A DNA stretch of 62,826 nucleotides, taken from Bdellovibrionota bacterium (GTDB lineage: Bacteria > Bdellovibrionota_C > UBA2361 > JBGSMV01). Below, piece after piece: positions 1 through 9,496 of this stretch. A program made the position numbers and the translations under genes. The notes beneath the pieces are model-generated. The model searched no databases. It was not told where the DNA came from and saw nothing but the letters and a program-made list of their open reading frames with translations. The stretch's first letter is position 1. Every line of letters starts with the position of its first letter. Where the stretch lies: positions 1 to 62,826 of the forward strand of contig JBGSMV010000034.1 of assembly GCA_041739995.1 (NCBI GenBank), given 5' to 3'.

Positions 1-68
1 AGCTACTCTCAAACCCATCAAACTTCGGAAGCAACTTCGCTCCCAGTTAAGACAGGTGCTTAAGCATG

Positions 69-134
69 CTTCGGTAACATCCAATTACGAGGCTTCAGAT
101 CAAGGCTCCTTCGGTAACACCTAATTGTGAGGCT
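69..134. repeat. Imperfect 26-bp direct repeat pair (40-bp period)
   Basis: CTTCGGTAACATCCAATTACGAGGCT (69-94) vs CTTCGGTAACACCTAATTGTGAGGCT (109-134). Confidence 0.6.
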
Positions 135-175
135 CTCCGTGCCTAGGTCTATCCTATTGAAAACGTAACGGTTTG

Positions 176-742
176 CTAGGGCACCTGAACCACTATTTGA
201 GAAACGGCGCCTCTATCATCCGTAGCGCGAAGCCGAAGCGTTTCGACGTCCTCCCCGATGTCGGGAGTCGGTAGCGGACTACCTGTTTGCGGGTCTCTGC
301 ATGCGTGCGATGAATTGAACCGAAGTAGGTCATATGAGGGTGCGTTGATTACGATCATCCCTCGCTTTCCAGGCTCCTGTTGTTGTAGCCACTGCGCAGC
401 AAGATTGATCGCGTTCTGATCTGATGGGTCGTACACAAAACGGTACATGGGAGTAATGTATTGGTGCTCAGCGGAGCCAGGGCTCCAGCCGAAGGCCAGT
501 AGTGGGTCTCGTGCCTGTACTCCGCCTTCGTTGGTATCAGATGGGGTTGCGCATCCCAGATCGTCGGGACAGTCGACAAAACTATCGGCATCGTTATCGA
601 GGCCGTCTGCGCACTGAGGCTGTGGGTTTGCATAGGTTGGAGTTACTGAAGGCGTCGGAGTGCGCGTGCTTGTTGCCGTCCCGGTGGCAGTTCTTGTTGG
701 CGTGCGCGAGGGGGTTGCTGCGCCAGAAGTTCGCTTATCCTG
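176..742 (-). pseudogene. 5'-truncated fragment of a secreted Pro/Thr-linker protein with a C-x-DGLDND-x-D acidic repeat
   Basis: The frame of ORF 176..448 stays open up to 742 (TAA at 743-745) with no ATG/GTG/TTG. It reads ...[27 protein letters not shown]...QCADGLDNDADSFVDCPDDLGCATPSDTNE...MYRFV.... Confidence 0.65.
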
Positions 743-757
743 TTACGGGCGCGAGTT

Positions 758-1687
758 TCAACGCGGTGTGGAAATTCGTTCTAAATGTCGCTGATCCTCG
801 CCTGCAGTAAGTGGATCTCCGCGCTCCATTCTAAGGGAAGCGACTTGTTCTGCGACCATGCCTAACATAAACACAATCACCGCTGAGTTAATCATGAGGT
901 GCGACATGTTGGTGAACTGCCCGAGGGTGAAATAGGTGTAGGCATAGCGCATCAGCCCGAGAAAAAACAAAAATGAACTCATCGGCATGAAGATCCTAAG
1001 CGGAGAGAAGGTCATTGCAATCTTCATTATAATTATCAGAAATTCAAAACCGTCCGAAACCAAGCGAATCTTACTTTTGCCAATGCGGTGACGGGTCTGA
1101 ATCGGAATATAGGCCAGCGAGCGGCCTGAGCGAAGAAAGGCGAGAGTAATGGTTGTCGGGTAAGAAAAACCGTTTGGCAGCATGTCGCAAAAGCGCAGCG
1201 CGTCGCGGCGACGAATGGCGCGAAAGCCGCTGGTAAGATCCTGAACCTTAAAGCTCGCCACGAATGAAGCGAGCTTGTTGTAGACGTAATTGGCGAGATC
1301 TCGATGTAGGTGAGTGTCAGATCCCTTCGAGCGCGCGCCTACTACCATGTGATATTGTCCGATCAGAGCGAGAAGTCTGGGAATGTCAGCGGGCTCGTGC
1401 TGCCCGTCCCCATCCATAAATACCAAAACTTTACCGCGGCTCTCGCGAATGCCTGTTTTGACCGCTGCGCCGTTGCCAATGTTATAGGGGTGACGAATTA
1501 CTCGTGCGCCTGCGGCCTCAGCGACCGAAGCGGTGTCATCCGAGCTCCCGTCATCAATCACGATAATCTCCGAGTTCTCAAAGGGCAGTCTCTTCAAGCG
1601 AGCTATGGTGTCACCGATAGCGCCTGCTTCATTGAAGGCAGGAATGATAATTGAGACATCGATCGAACTAGAGTCGGAAGTGTTCAT
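758..1687 (-). CDS. Glycosyltransferase family 2 (DPM-synthase-like) with C-terminal TM helices
   Basis: SIIIPAFNE, IDDGSSD, DGDGQH, DLTSGFRA motifs. Start placed at ATG 1687 after a GAGG RBS. Confidence 0.9.
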   Translation of the reverse strand: MNTSDSSSIDVSIIIPAFNEAGAIGDTIARLKRLPFENSEIIVIDDGSSDDTASVAEAAGARVIRHPYNIGNGAAVKTGIRESRGKVLVFMDGDGQHEPADIPRLLALIGQYHMVVGARSKGSDTHLHRDLANYVYNKLASFVASFKVQDLTSGFRAIRRRDALRFCDMLPNGFSYPTTITLAFLRSGRSLAYIPIQTRHRIGKSKIRLVSDGFEFLIIIMKIAMTFSPLRIFMPMSSFLFFLGLMRYAYTYFTLGQFTNMSHLMINSAVIVFMLGMVAEQVASLRMERGDPLTAGEDQRHLERISTPR

Positions 1688-2254
1688 GGTCCTCGCTACC
1701 TTTGCTTCCCGCCATGTTCCCAGGCCGATGGTGGTATGGCAAGGCATTGCGCTGGTCTGTCCGAGCTCCTGAAAGAAGCTGCGTTCTGATGGCGATGGTG
1801 CAACTATTGTGCACCGTAGTCGCCAAATATGATCCTTGAAAATTTAAGTTCGACGCAAGTTTGGAAGCACAGGCCCTATGGTCAAGGGTAAACCCAAAAA
1901 TCCCTGCACGAGGGCAGGAGAACGGCTTCTCGGGGACATTGAATGAAGCCGAGGACGGAGCGCGGTAAAATCGGAGTGATGTTTCTGATGGTCCTCGCCT
2001 GTGGGGAATGTGCCGGCGTAGCCGGGTAGTGCCGCGTGGTGGATTCGGGGAGAGCAGCTACTTAGGCCGGGAGGCGCGGCTTTTCTCAGGCGAGCAGCCT
2101 CCTGCTTGAGCGCAGATGCGAGGTAAGGGCTCAAAACCCATGGACATTTCTAACCGCAAAATACCACTAGATATATTAAATAACTCTGAGATAAGCTTAA
2201 TTATAGCAGTTTTTAAGTTTATTTATAGCCTATTTACCTTTAATACGAGGACGT

Positions 2255-3712
2255 ATGACGACTTCGCCTGATTCCCCTGTAGCCCTTCGACAGTTTCTGG
2301 AGATCCCCTATGACGAGCTCGAAGAGTTGAATTTGCAGGCGAAGGAGAGACAGCTCTCAAGGCGGAACCTCGCGGAGCACCGAGACCACTATGTGAAATA
2401 TCTTTCGGAAGAAAAGCGCTTAAAGGCGGTGACGGTAGGGTTTACCGATCTCGAGGGGCGCTTTCACATGCTGGACTACGACAAGAAATTTCTGTTGAAG
2501 TCCTACGACAATCTTACCTTCGATGGATCCTCTGTACGCGGCTTTTCAGTAGTTCGAGAATCCGATCTGCGATTGGAGCTTGATTGGGGAAGTTTCCGGT
2601 GGTTGCCGTCTGATGTTTTTGGTCCCGGAAAAGTACTGGTGTTCGGGCTTATTCGATCTCAGGACGGAACAAGTTACTCTTCTGATATGCGCGGGCGTCT
2701 CAAGACGTTCCTTGAGGAGCTTCATCAGAAAGATAGCACCACCGCGAACATCGCAGTCGAATGCGAAGGCTTCTTGTTCGAGGGACTGAATGCAGAGCAA
2801 GAGTTCTCCGAAGCAAATCAATTCAAGCTTGTGTCCTCGGGAGGTTACTATCACAGCCTTCCACGCGACCGGCTAAAACTTTTCATTGATGCACTCGCGG
2901 AGGCGCAGCGCGCGCTCGGCTTTGAAAACGAAAAAGATCATCCAGAAGTAGCGCCCTCTCAGTTTGAACTGAATTATAAGTACACCGATGCACTGCTCGC
3001 AGCCGATCAAATTCAACTCTACAAGCTCACGGCAAGGCAGATTGCTGCAAACATGGGTCTTACAGCGTCGTTTTTGCCTAAGCCTATCGCGGGAATTAAT
3101 GGCAGTGGAATGCATGTGAATTTGTCTTTGACGAAGGCGGGGAAAAATCAGTTCTGGGATCCGAAAGGCGAAGACAAGCTCTCTGAGCCTGCTTGGAATT
3201 TTGTCGACAGGCTCTTGAACAACGCTAACGATATTTGTCTCGTGCTCAATTCGAGCGTTAACGCTTATCGCAGACTAGATCCGCACTTTGAGGCACCTAA
3301 TCAGATAAAGGCTTCCGCAGTGGATCGCACCTCTATGGTACGAATTCCTCTTGGGAACGAGCAGTCTGCCCGAGTCGAGGTGCGTACGGTCGCTCCGGAC
3401 GCGAATCCCTATATGGCGCTGCTATGTATTCTTGGTACGGGCTTGAACGGGCCCATGACTGAGGCGCTGAATTCAGAGAATCGCAGAACGAGAACCAGGT
3501 TCTTGCCTGGGAATATCCACGATGCGCTTCGACTTATGAAGGGAAGTACTTTCATAGCCGAGCTTCTGGGTGAGGAGAATAAGGAGAAGTTTCTTGAGCG
3601 TAAGAGCTTCTCTGCAGACCGTTGCCCCAAGGAATTGGGAAATGCAGTGAAGGTGAGCGAAGTCATCTTTCACCATGATGTAACTAATCAATATCTGCTC
3701 TCGAAGTTTTAG
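2255..3712 (+). CDS. glnA: Glutamine synthetase family protein
   Basis: FDGSSVRGF, HPEVAPSQFE, PKPIAGINGSGMH, NAYRRL, RVEVRT..PDANPY motifs; GAGG RBS. Confidence 0.9.
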   Translation: MTTSPDSPVALRQFLEIPYDELEELNLQAKERQLSRRNLAEHRDHYVKYLSEEKRLKAVTVGFTDLEGRFHMLDYDKKFLLKSYDNLTFDGSSVRGFSVVRESDLRLELDWGSFRWLPSDVFGPGKVLVFGLIRSQDGTSYSSDMRGRLKTFLEELHQKDSTTANIAVECEGFLFEGLNAEQEFSEANQFKLVSSGGYYHSLPRDRLKLFIDALAEAQRALGFENEKDHPEVAPSQFELNYKYTDALLAADQIQLYKLTARQIAANMGLTASFLPKPIAGINGSGMHVNLSLTKAGKNQFWDPKGEDKLSEPAWNFVDRLLNNANDICLVLNSSVNAYRRLDPHFEAPNQIKASAVDRTSMVRIPLGNEQSARVEVRTVAPDANPYMALLCILGTGLNGPMTEALNSENRRTRTRFLPGNIHDALRLMKGSTFIAELLGEENKEKFLERKSFSADRCPKELGNAVKVSEVIFHHDVTNQYLLSKF

Positions 3713-3734
3713 CTCAGCTCTTTAGTGGGAGGCA

Positions 3735-3773
3735 GGGTAGGGCGGTCGGCACGAGAAGTCGCCCCGCCTACCC
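3735..3773 (+). terminator. GC-rich hairpin downstream of glnA
   Basis: GGGTAGGGCGG...CCGCCTACCC inverted repeat. No clear U-tract. Confidence 0.4.
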
Positions 3774-3904
3774 AGAACGCATTTCGCTGTCGGCTTTTGA
3801 AAAAGTCAGATTTTGCTTCGAAATCTTACCACAGCTCTGTAAAGTTAGGACGTCTTTGATGTATCTCTCACCTGCCTTTGTGGGGCGTATTCCTAGGAGT
3901 TCGT

Positions 3905-4603
3905 GTGGTAAAGCGACCAGCTACTTTCTATTTCGCTGCTGACCTGTTTAGCAGTCGTGCGCTCTTTGGAAATGCAGCACTTGCTGATGCCATTCAGCGC
4001 GCGAGCGGAACGAGTGAGCGCTATGAATTCAAAGTAATTCTCCCGCAACTTTGTGAACCAAGAACTGAGTCCGCCAGGGCAATTCGAAACGCAGATATTC
4101 GCTCGGTGGTGCAGGCTGATGCGGCTGTGTTCGTGTTCGATGGTATGGAGCTTGATAGTGGAATGATCGCTGAGTTCATGGTCGCTAAATTCTGTGATAT
4201 TCCGTCAGTTATATTGAGAACAGATTTTCGTAGTTGCGGCGAGCACCCAGAATGCCCTTGGAATGTGATGCTCGGATTCTATCCGCGTTGCTCTGTGGTG
4301 CAGCTCAACTCAATGAAAGAATATAAAGACCTGATCGCAGCTCAAGGGGAGGGTCGGGTATCTGCCCGCAACAGAGATGCGGCGCGTGACTCCATAGAGG
4401 CGCTTCAGACTTTCATGGATTCGATTGGAGCTTCGGTGGCGCAAGCGCTGGATAAAGTGATGCGCATACCTGCAACCATGCCTGAAGAATTGCGGGAGCC
4501 AGTCTATCAATGGGTTCGTCAGTTTCCTGGAGCGGAGTTTGATGCGGAACTCTCGGCGGAGGATATTTCAGAAGTTATTAAGCGACGATTCGAGGCTAAA
4601 TGA
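3905..4603 (+). CDS. Nucleoside 2-deoxyribosyltransferase / nucleotide N-hydrolase family protein
   Basis: YFAADLFS, LPQ, D..SV..AD, DSGMIAE and LRTDFR motifs. GTG 3905 follows AGGAG. Overlaps the rbsK start by 4 nt. Confidence 0.75.
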   Translation: MVKRPATFYFAADLFSSRALFGNAALADAIQRASGTSERYEFKVILPQLCEPRTESARAIRNADIRSVVQADAAVFVFDGMELDSGMIAEFMVAKFCDIPSVILRTDFRSCGEHPECPWNVMLGFYPRCSVVQLNSMKEYKDLIAAQGEGRVSARNRDAARDSIEALQTFMDSIGASVAQALDKVMRIPATMPEELREPVYQWVRQFPGAEFDAELSAEDISEVIKRRFEAK

Positions 4604-5541
4604 GTAGCGTAGTTGTCGTCGGTAGTTTTGTTCAAGACCTCGCCTTTATTACGTCGCAGTTCCCTCGCCCCGGAGAAACCCGTATCGGTAAGTTCGTTAC
4701 GGGTCCAGGCGGAAAGGGCTTTAACCAGGCAGTGGCGTGTCATCGCTTAGGCGCTGCTACGCTGTTTCTTGGTGCCGTAGGCGAGGATCTTTTTGCTCAT
4801 ACCATTCGGTCATTTTCTAAAGCTGAAGAACTTCCTATTGCGCTTGAAGTACATCCGCTTCTGCAGTCTGGAGCTGCTTCGATTGTGGTGAACGCCGAAG
4901 GTCTTAATTTGATAGTCGTAGCACTTGGTGCGAATGCGGCGCTTTCTACTGAGTTCATTCACGCGCAGGGAGCGGCTTTCGAGAAAGCTCGCGTAGTGGT
5001 CTGTCAGCTCGAGTGCAACCTGGCTGCGACTGCGTGCGCGCTTGAGTTGGGACGAGAAGCAGGCGCCAAGACGATTTTAAACCCAGCGCCGATCAATGAC
5101 AGTCTTTCTAGGGACCTTTTTGATAATGTCGATATCCTTGTGCCGAATGAAAGCGAGGCAGAGTACCTGTTGAGGCGCTTTTTTAATATTGAACTGGGCA
5201 AAGACCTTGTGACGCATTCTGATGCTGAGCTGGGAGATCTTTGCTCTAAAATGCAGGTACCGTGCGTGGTGCTGACGCTCGGCGCTCAAGGGGCGTTTCT
5301 TTTTCAAAAGGAGAGTGGTCGCTATCAACGATTTCCTGCTGCTCAAGTGAATCCGATGGACACGACCGGTGCCGGTGATTCTTTCACAGGAGCGCTCGCT
5401 GCGGGGCTTGTTCGCTTCAAAAACTCAGTTTCCGACGCAGTCGGTTTTGCGGTGCGCGCGTCCGGTCTTTCGACCGAGAAGCAAGGAACAGCGCCGTCCA
5501 TGCCAGTGCTTGCCGAAGTGTTGCAAAGATTCCCAGCCTGA
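4600..5541 (+). CDS. rbsK: Ribokinase (PfkB family)
   Basis: GGKGFNQA, NPAP, PNESE, DTTGAGDSF signatures. Confidence 0.9.
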   Translation: MSSVVVVGSFVQDLAFITSQFPRPGETRIGKFVTGPGGKGFNQAVACHRLGAATLFLGAVGEDLFAHTIRSFSKAEELPIALEVHPLLQSGAASIVVNAEGLNLIVVALGANAALSTEFIHAQGAAFEKARVVVCQLECNLAATACALELGREAGAKTILNPAPINDSLSRDLFDNVDILVPNESEAEYLLRRFFNIELGKDLVTHSDAELGDLCSKMQVPCVVLTLGAQGAFLFQKESGRYQRFPAAQVNPMDTTGAGDSFTGALAAGLVRFKNSVSDAVGFAVRASGLSTEKQGTAPSMPVLAEVLQRFPA

Positions 5542-5568
5542 GTCGGGGCGCCTGAGAGTCAGAGTCTA

Positions 5569-5666
5569 GGGCGCTCAATGCTGTTAATTCGCAGGGCGCT
5601 CAATGCTGTTGATTCGCCGGGCGCTCAATGCTGATGATTCGCCGGGCGCTCAATATCGATGATTCG
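5569..5666. repeat. 25-bp tandem repeat, about 3.9 copies, overlapping the mgsA 3' end
   Basis: GGGCGCTCAATGCTG(T/A)T(A/G)ATTCGC(A/C) at 5569, 5594 and 5619, with a degenerate copy at 5644. Confidence 0.9.
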
Positions 5667-6074
5667 ATCGTAGCGATCATGAAACAGTGCGGACGAAATA
5701 ATAAAATCCGCGGTGCTTCGATTCATTGCCACCGGAATATTGTAGAGCACCGCAATTCGTAAGAGTGCCCTTACGTCAGGATCGTGCGGCTGGGCAGTCA
5801 GGGGATCCCAGAAGAAGAACATCGCATCTATTTCGCCTTCTACTATACGCGCGCCGATCTGCTGATCGCCTCCGAGAGGTCCGGAGATAAATCGTTGGAT
5901 GTGGAGTCCTGAACGTTCCGCAATTACCTTTCCAGTTGTTCCCGTAGCGAAAAGCGAGTGCTCCTGCAAAGTGCCCTTATTGAAGAGCACCCATTCGAGC
6001 AGCTCGTCCTTGCAGTGATCGTGAGCGACTAACACCAGTCTCTTGCGGATGGGCATTTCAAGGATACGTTTCAT
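5625..6074 (-). CDS. mgsA: Methylglyoxal synthase
   Basis: [34 protein letters not shown] motifs. Confidence 0.95.
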   Translation of the reverse strand: MKRILEMPIRKRLVLVAHDHCKDELLEWVLFNKGTLQEHSLFATGTTGKVIAERSGLHIQRFISGPLGGDQQIGARIVEGEIDAMFFFWDPLTAQPHDPDVRALLRIAVLYNIPVAMNRSTADFIISSALFHDRYDRIIDIERPANHQH

Positions 6075-6132
6075 AGCGGCAGTATCTTATAGCATCAGAA
6101 TTTCACCGCATCCGTTAGAAGGCGTATCGACT

Positions 6133-8949
6133 TTATGATTTTGTCTCGGCGCCATCGACTTTAGCGGGGGCCGCAGCCTTTTTCTTCTTGGGTGACTTCT
6201 TAGTGACTTTTTTAGCAGGTTTGCTGCTGCTCTTGTCGCCAGCGCTGCTCTTGTCGCCAGAGCCACCTTCGGTCGCGGCCCCTTTAACAGCTTTCCCCTT
6301 TTGGGGTGCTTTAGCTTTTGGCGTCTTTGCTTTCGGAGTTGCCTTCGCTGCGCGCTTAGCGCCTCGCTTCTTCGGTGCGGTGGCCGCGCGCACATCAATA
6401 AGTTGTATTGCCTCGGCAAGTGAGATTGCTTCAGGTAACACACCTCTTGGTAATGACGCGTTGGTAGTGCCATCGGTTACATACGGACCGTAACGACCAT
6501 CTTTGATGACAATCATTCCGTCAGAAGTTGGATGCTTACCAAGTTCCTTAAGAGTTTTAGGTTGAGAAGATGCGCGTCCACGACGCTTGGGCTGCTTAAG
6601 AAGTTCAAGCGAATACTCCAGCGTGACATCAAGAAGCGATGGGCCATCAGTGGGAATGCTGCGAGTGTCTGTTGCGCACTTGATGTAAGGACCATACCTA
6701 CCGTTCGAGACGATGATGTCCTCGTTGTTTTCTGGGTTCTTCCCTACGCTCTTAGGGAACTCAAGCAGTTTGAGGGCTGTTTCTAGGGGAACCGACTCTG
6801 GATCCATGCCGGCGAGAAGAGATGCCATCTTAGGCTTATCTCCACCTTCAACCATGTCTCCAAGCTGGATGTAAGGTCCAAAGCGACCTTTTTTCACATA
6901 GACCGGAAGGCCGCTAACTGGATCATTTCCAAGAGTGGCGGGTCCCTTTGCGGCATCGGCAAGCATGACCAGTGCGAGTTCGAGCGTCAGTTCATCTGGA
7001 CACTGCGCATCAGGGAGGCTCGCTCGCTGGGTTCCGTCTGAGAGAAAAGGCCCCCAGCGACCTACTCGGATTTCTACAGCGGTTCCGTCTTCCTTGGTGC
7101 CAAGAGGAATGCCGTTCACAAGGCGTGGATCGATTTGCTTCTCGCCCTGCTCAATCAAGGTTTTTAAGCCCGGATGACCGTTGCCGAAGTAAAAATTCTT
7201 TAGATACTTTAAATTTTCTGCTTCTCCGCGAGAGATTGAGTCGAGATCGTCTTCGAGCCGTGCAGTGAAATCGTAGTCGATCACGTCACTAAAGAACTGC
7301 TCCATTAGTTGGGTGATTGCCATCGCGAGAAAAGTAGGAACGAGGGCGGTTCCCTTCTTGAAGGCATAAGAGCGGCTCAGAACCACATCGACAATGGTTG
7401 CCCAAGTGCTGGGGCGTCCGATGCCAAGCTTTTCAAGTTCTTTGATTAAGCTTCCTTCAGTAAATCGTGCAGGTGGTTGAGTCTCGTGCGGAACGCTCTC
7501 AAGCGAAACGGTGGAGAGTGATTCGCCGACAGTGAGTATGGGAAGAATGCGTTCACGGTCAGCGAGTTCTTGCTCAGGATCATCTGACCCTTCTACGTAG
7601 GCACGCAGGTATCCAGGAAATTCAATGGTGCTTCCAGTGGCGCGGAAGTTTGTGTCGCCCACGGTGACGTCAACGCTAACGCGCTTGCCGCGTGCATCGC
7701 TCATTTGGCAGGCGACGGTTCTCTTCCAGATTAAGTCGTAGAGTTTGAACGCTTCGTCTCCAAAGCGCTCTTTCACGCTCTGTGGTGTGGCAAACTCGGT
7801 GCCCGCGGGGCGAATCGCTTCATGCGCTTCTTGAGCGTTCTTCACTTTGGTTTTGTAAATTCGCGGCTCGTGAAATAGAAAATCTTTTCCAAACTCTTTC
7901 ACGATTAGGCCACGAGCTGCATCCAGCGCTTCTTTTGAGAGAGTGGTCGAGTCAGTACGCATGTAGGTGATGACACCGTTCTCATACAGTAGCTGAGCTA
8001 CCTGCATGGTTCTGCGCGCCGCGTAGCCGAGCTTTCTACTGCCCTCTTGCTGCAAGGTGCTGGTGGTGAAAGGCGGGTAGGGCTTGGTGGTATAGGGCTT
8101 TTCTTCGACGCTCTTGACGGTTGGCGTGGAACTTTGGAGAGCTTCTTTAAGCTTGGTAGAGGTTGCGTCATCTAAGTGTACTACGTCGGACTTGGTATCG
8201 AGCTTGCCAGTGTCGGCAACGAAATCCTTTCCGGTAGCGACGCGCTTCCCATCAACATGGGTGAGTTCTGCTTCAAAGCGGTCGGGCATTGAATCAGACT
8301 TGAGTTTCCTAAAAACGCCCTTCAAGTCCCAATACTTTGCGGCTCTGAACTTAATTCGTTCGCGCTCTCTTTCGACCAACAGTCGCATCGCAACGCTTTG
8401 CACGCGTCCGGCGCTTAAGCCCGGACCGACTTTCTTCCAGAGAACGGGGCTAAGAGAGTAACCGAACAAGCGATCGATGATACGCCGGGTTTCTTGAGCC
8501 TTCACGAGGTTGAGATCTAGTTCTCGCGGATTGGCGAGAGCTTCAGCGATCGCTTCTTTGGTGATTTCATGGAAGACCATGCGTTTCACTGGGACGCTTG
8601 GGTTAAGAACTTGAATCAGATGCCAGCTGATGGATTCTCCCTCGCGGTCTTCGTCGGTTGCGAGGAATAGTTCGGGAGCATCTTTTAGTGCTTTCTTTAG
8701 TTCAGCGACGCGCTTTTTCTTGGCCTCAGGAACGATGTAGAGAGGTTCAAAGGCTTCATCGACCTTGATTCCAAGGCGGGCCCATTTTTCCTTTTTAACT
8801 GCTTCGGGAATTTCAGCAGCGTTATTGGGCAGGTCGCGCACGTGGCCATAGGAGGCCAGCACCTCAAACCCACCACTCAAGAATTTCTCGATGGTTCGGG
8901 CCTTAGTAGGTGATTCTACAATTACGAGTGGTTTCCCGTTCTTAGCCAT
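6133..8949 (-). CDS. topA: DNA topoisomerase I with C-terminal repeats and Lys/Ala-rich tail
   Basis: IVESPTKA, GHVRDLP, ATDEDREGE, SAGRVQS, ITYMRTDS, and repeated GR(F/Y/W)GP(Y/F) units. Confidence 0.97.
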   Translation of the reverse strand: MAKNGKPLVIVESPTKARTIEKFLSGGFEVLASYGHVRDLPNNAAEIPEAVKKEKWARLGIKVDEAFEPLYIVPEAKKKRVAELKKALKDAPELFLATDEDREGESISWHLIQVLNPSVPVKRMVFHEITKEAIAEALANPRELDLNLVKAQETRRIIDRLFGYSLSPVLWKKVGPGLSAGRVQSVAMRLLVERERERIKFRAAKYWDLKGVFRKLKSDSMPDRFEAELTHVDGKRVATGKDFVADTGKLDTKSDVVHLDDATSTKLKEALQSSTPTVKSVEEKPYTTKPYPPFTTSTLQQEGSRKLGYAARRTMQVAQLLYENGVITYMRTDSTTLSKEALDAARGLIVKEFGKDFLFHEPRIYKTKVKNAQEAHEAIRPAGTEFATPQSVKERFGDEAFKLYDLIWKRTVACQMSDARGKRVSVDVTVGDTNFRATGSTIEFPGYLRAYVEGSDDPEQELADRERILPILTVGESLSTVSLESVPHETQPPARFTEGSLIKELEKLGIGRPSTWATIVDVVLSRSYAFKKGTALVPTFLAMAITQLMEQFFSDVIDYDFTARLEDDLDSISRGEAENLKYLKNFYFGNGHPGLKTLIEQGEKQIDPRLVNGIPLGTKEDGTAVEIRVGRWGPFLSDGTQRASLPDAQCPDELTLELALVMLADAAKGPATLGNDPVSGLPVYVKKGRFGPYIQLGDMVEGGDKPKMASLLAGMDPESVPLETALKLLEFPKSVGKNPENNEDIIVSNGRYGPYIKCATDTRSIPTDGPSLLDVTLEYSLELLKQPKRRGRASSQPKTLKELGKHPTSDGMIVIKDGRYGPYVTDGTTNASLPRGVLPEAISLAEAIQLIDVRAATAPKKRGAKRAAKATPKAKTPKAKAPQKGKAVKGAATEGGSGDKSSAGDKSSSKPAKKVTKKSPKKKKAAAPAKVDGAETKS

Positions 8950-9496
8950 GACCTTTCACTTAGACGGCAGCGCGCGATAATACAGATGTGAGGCGCGCTT
9001 GCAAGGAAGCGCTAAAGCGATTCAATTCTCATCCCCGAGAAAGTTCCGCCGGGCAGCCGCTGAAACGCTTTCCTTATGTTTGTGCCCTGACACGCATTTA
9101 CTTAATGTACTGGCGTTTGAGAAGACGACGATTGAATAAAGCCAGGCTGAAGCAGCACTTTCTTGGTGTCTTCGGGGTTTCGCATCGTCTGCGTTGAGAC
9201 TCTTTTCGAGAAGTAAGCTGCCCCCGAGTAACTGAGATGCTGATTTGAATTGCATCAGACAGGGAGTCGGCCCCCTTTTGTAGGCGAAGCCAGCGGCAGT
9301 GGAAAGTTCTGACGAGTGCTGAATCAGCAGATAACTGATTGATAATTCAATGTAATTTTGAGGTCAGTTTGAGCTCAACGCGTTTCTCATTTGAGTAGCG
9401 GCGCAAAAAGATTAATAATCCCGACCACTTTGCGCACTATTCCACAGGCTCTGGGCCCTGAAGAAGGGGCATTCGAGATATAACTTCAGCAGATAG

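Noticed and set aside
69..134. Repeat pair as a CRISPR remnant
   Set aside because: Only two degenerate copies with a 14-nt gap; at the window edge, so context is missing.
1844..2134. 96-aa ORF between GT2 and glnA
   Set aside because: No motif or RBS; lies in a divergent promoter region.
5569..5666. Possible CRISPR array
   Set aside because: Units are contiguous with no unique spacers, and no cas genes are present in the window.
6087..6493. ORFs overlapping the topA tail and a 15-nt duplication
   Set aside because: By-products of the low-complexity Lys/Ala-rich tail.
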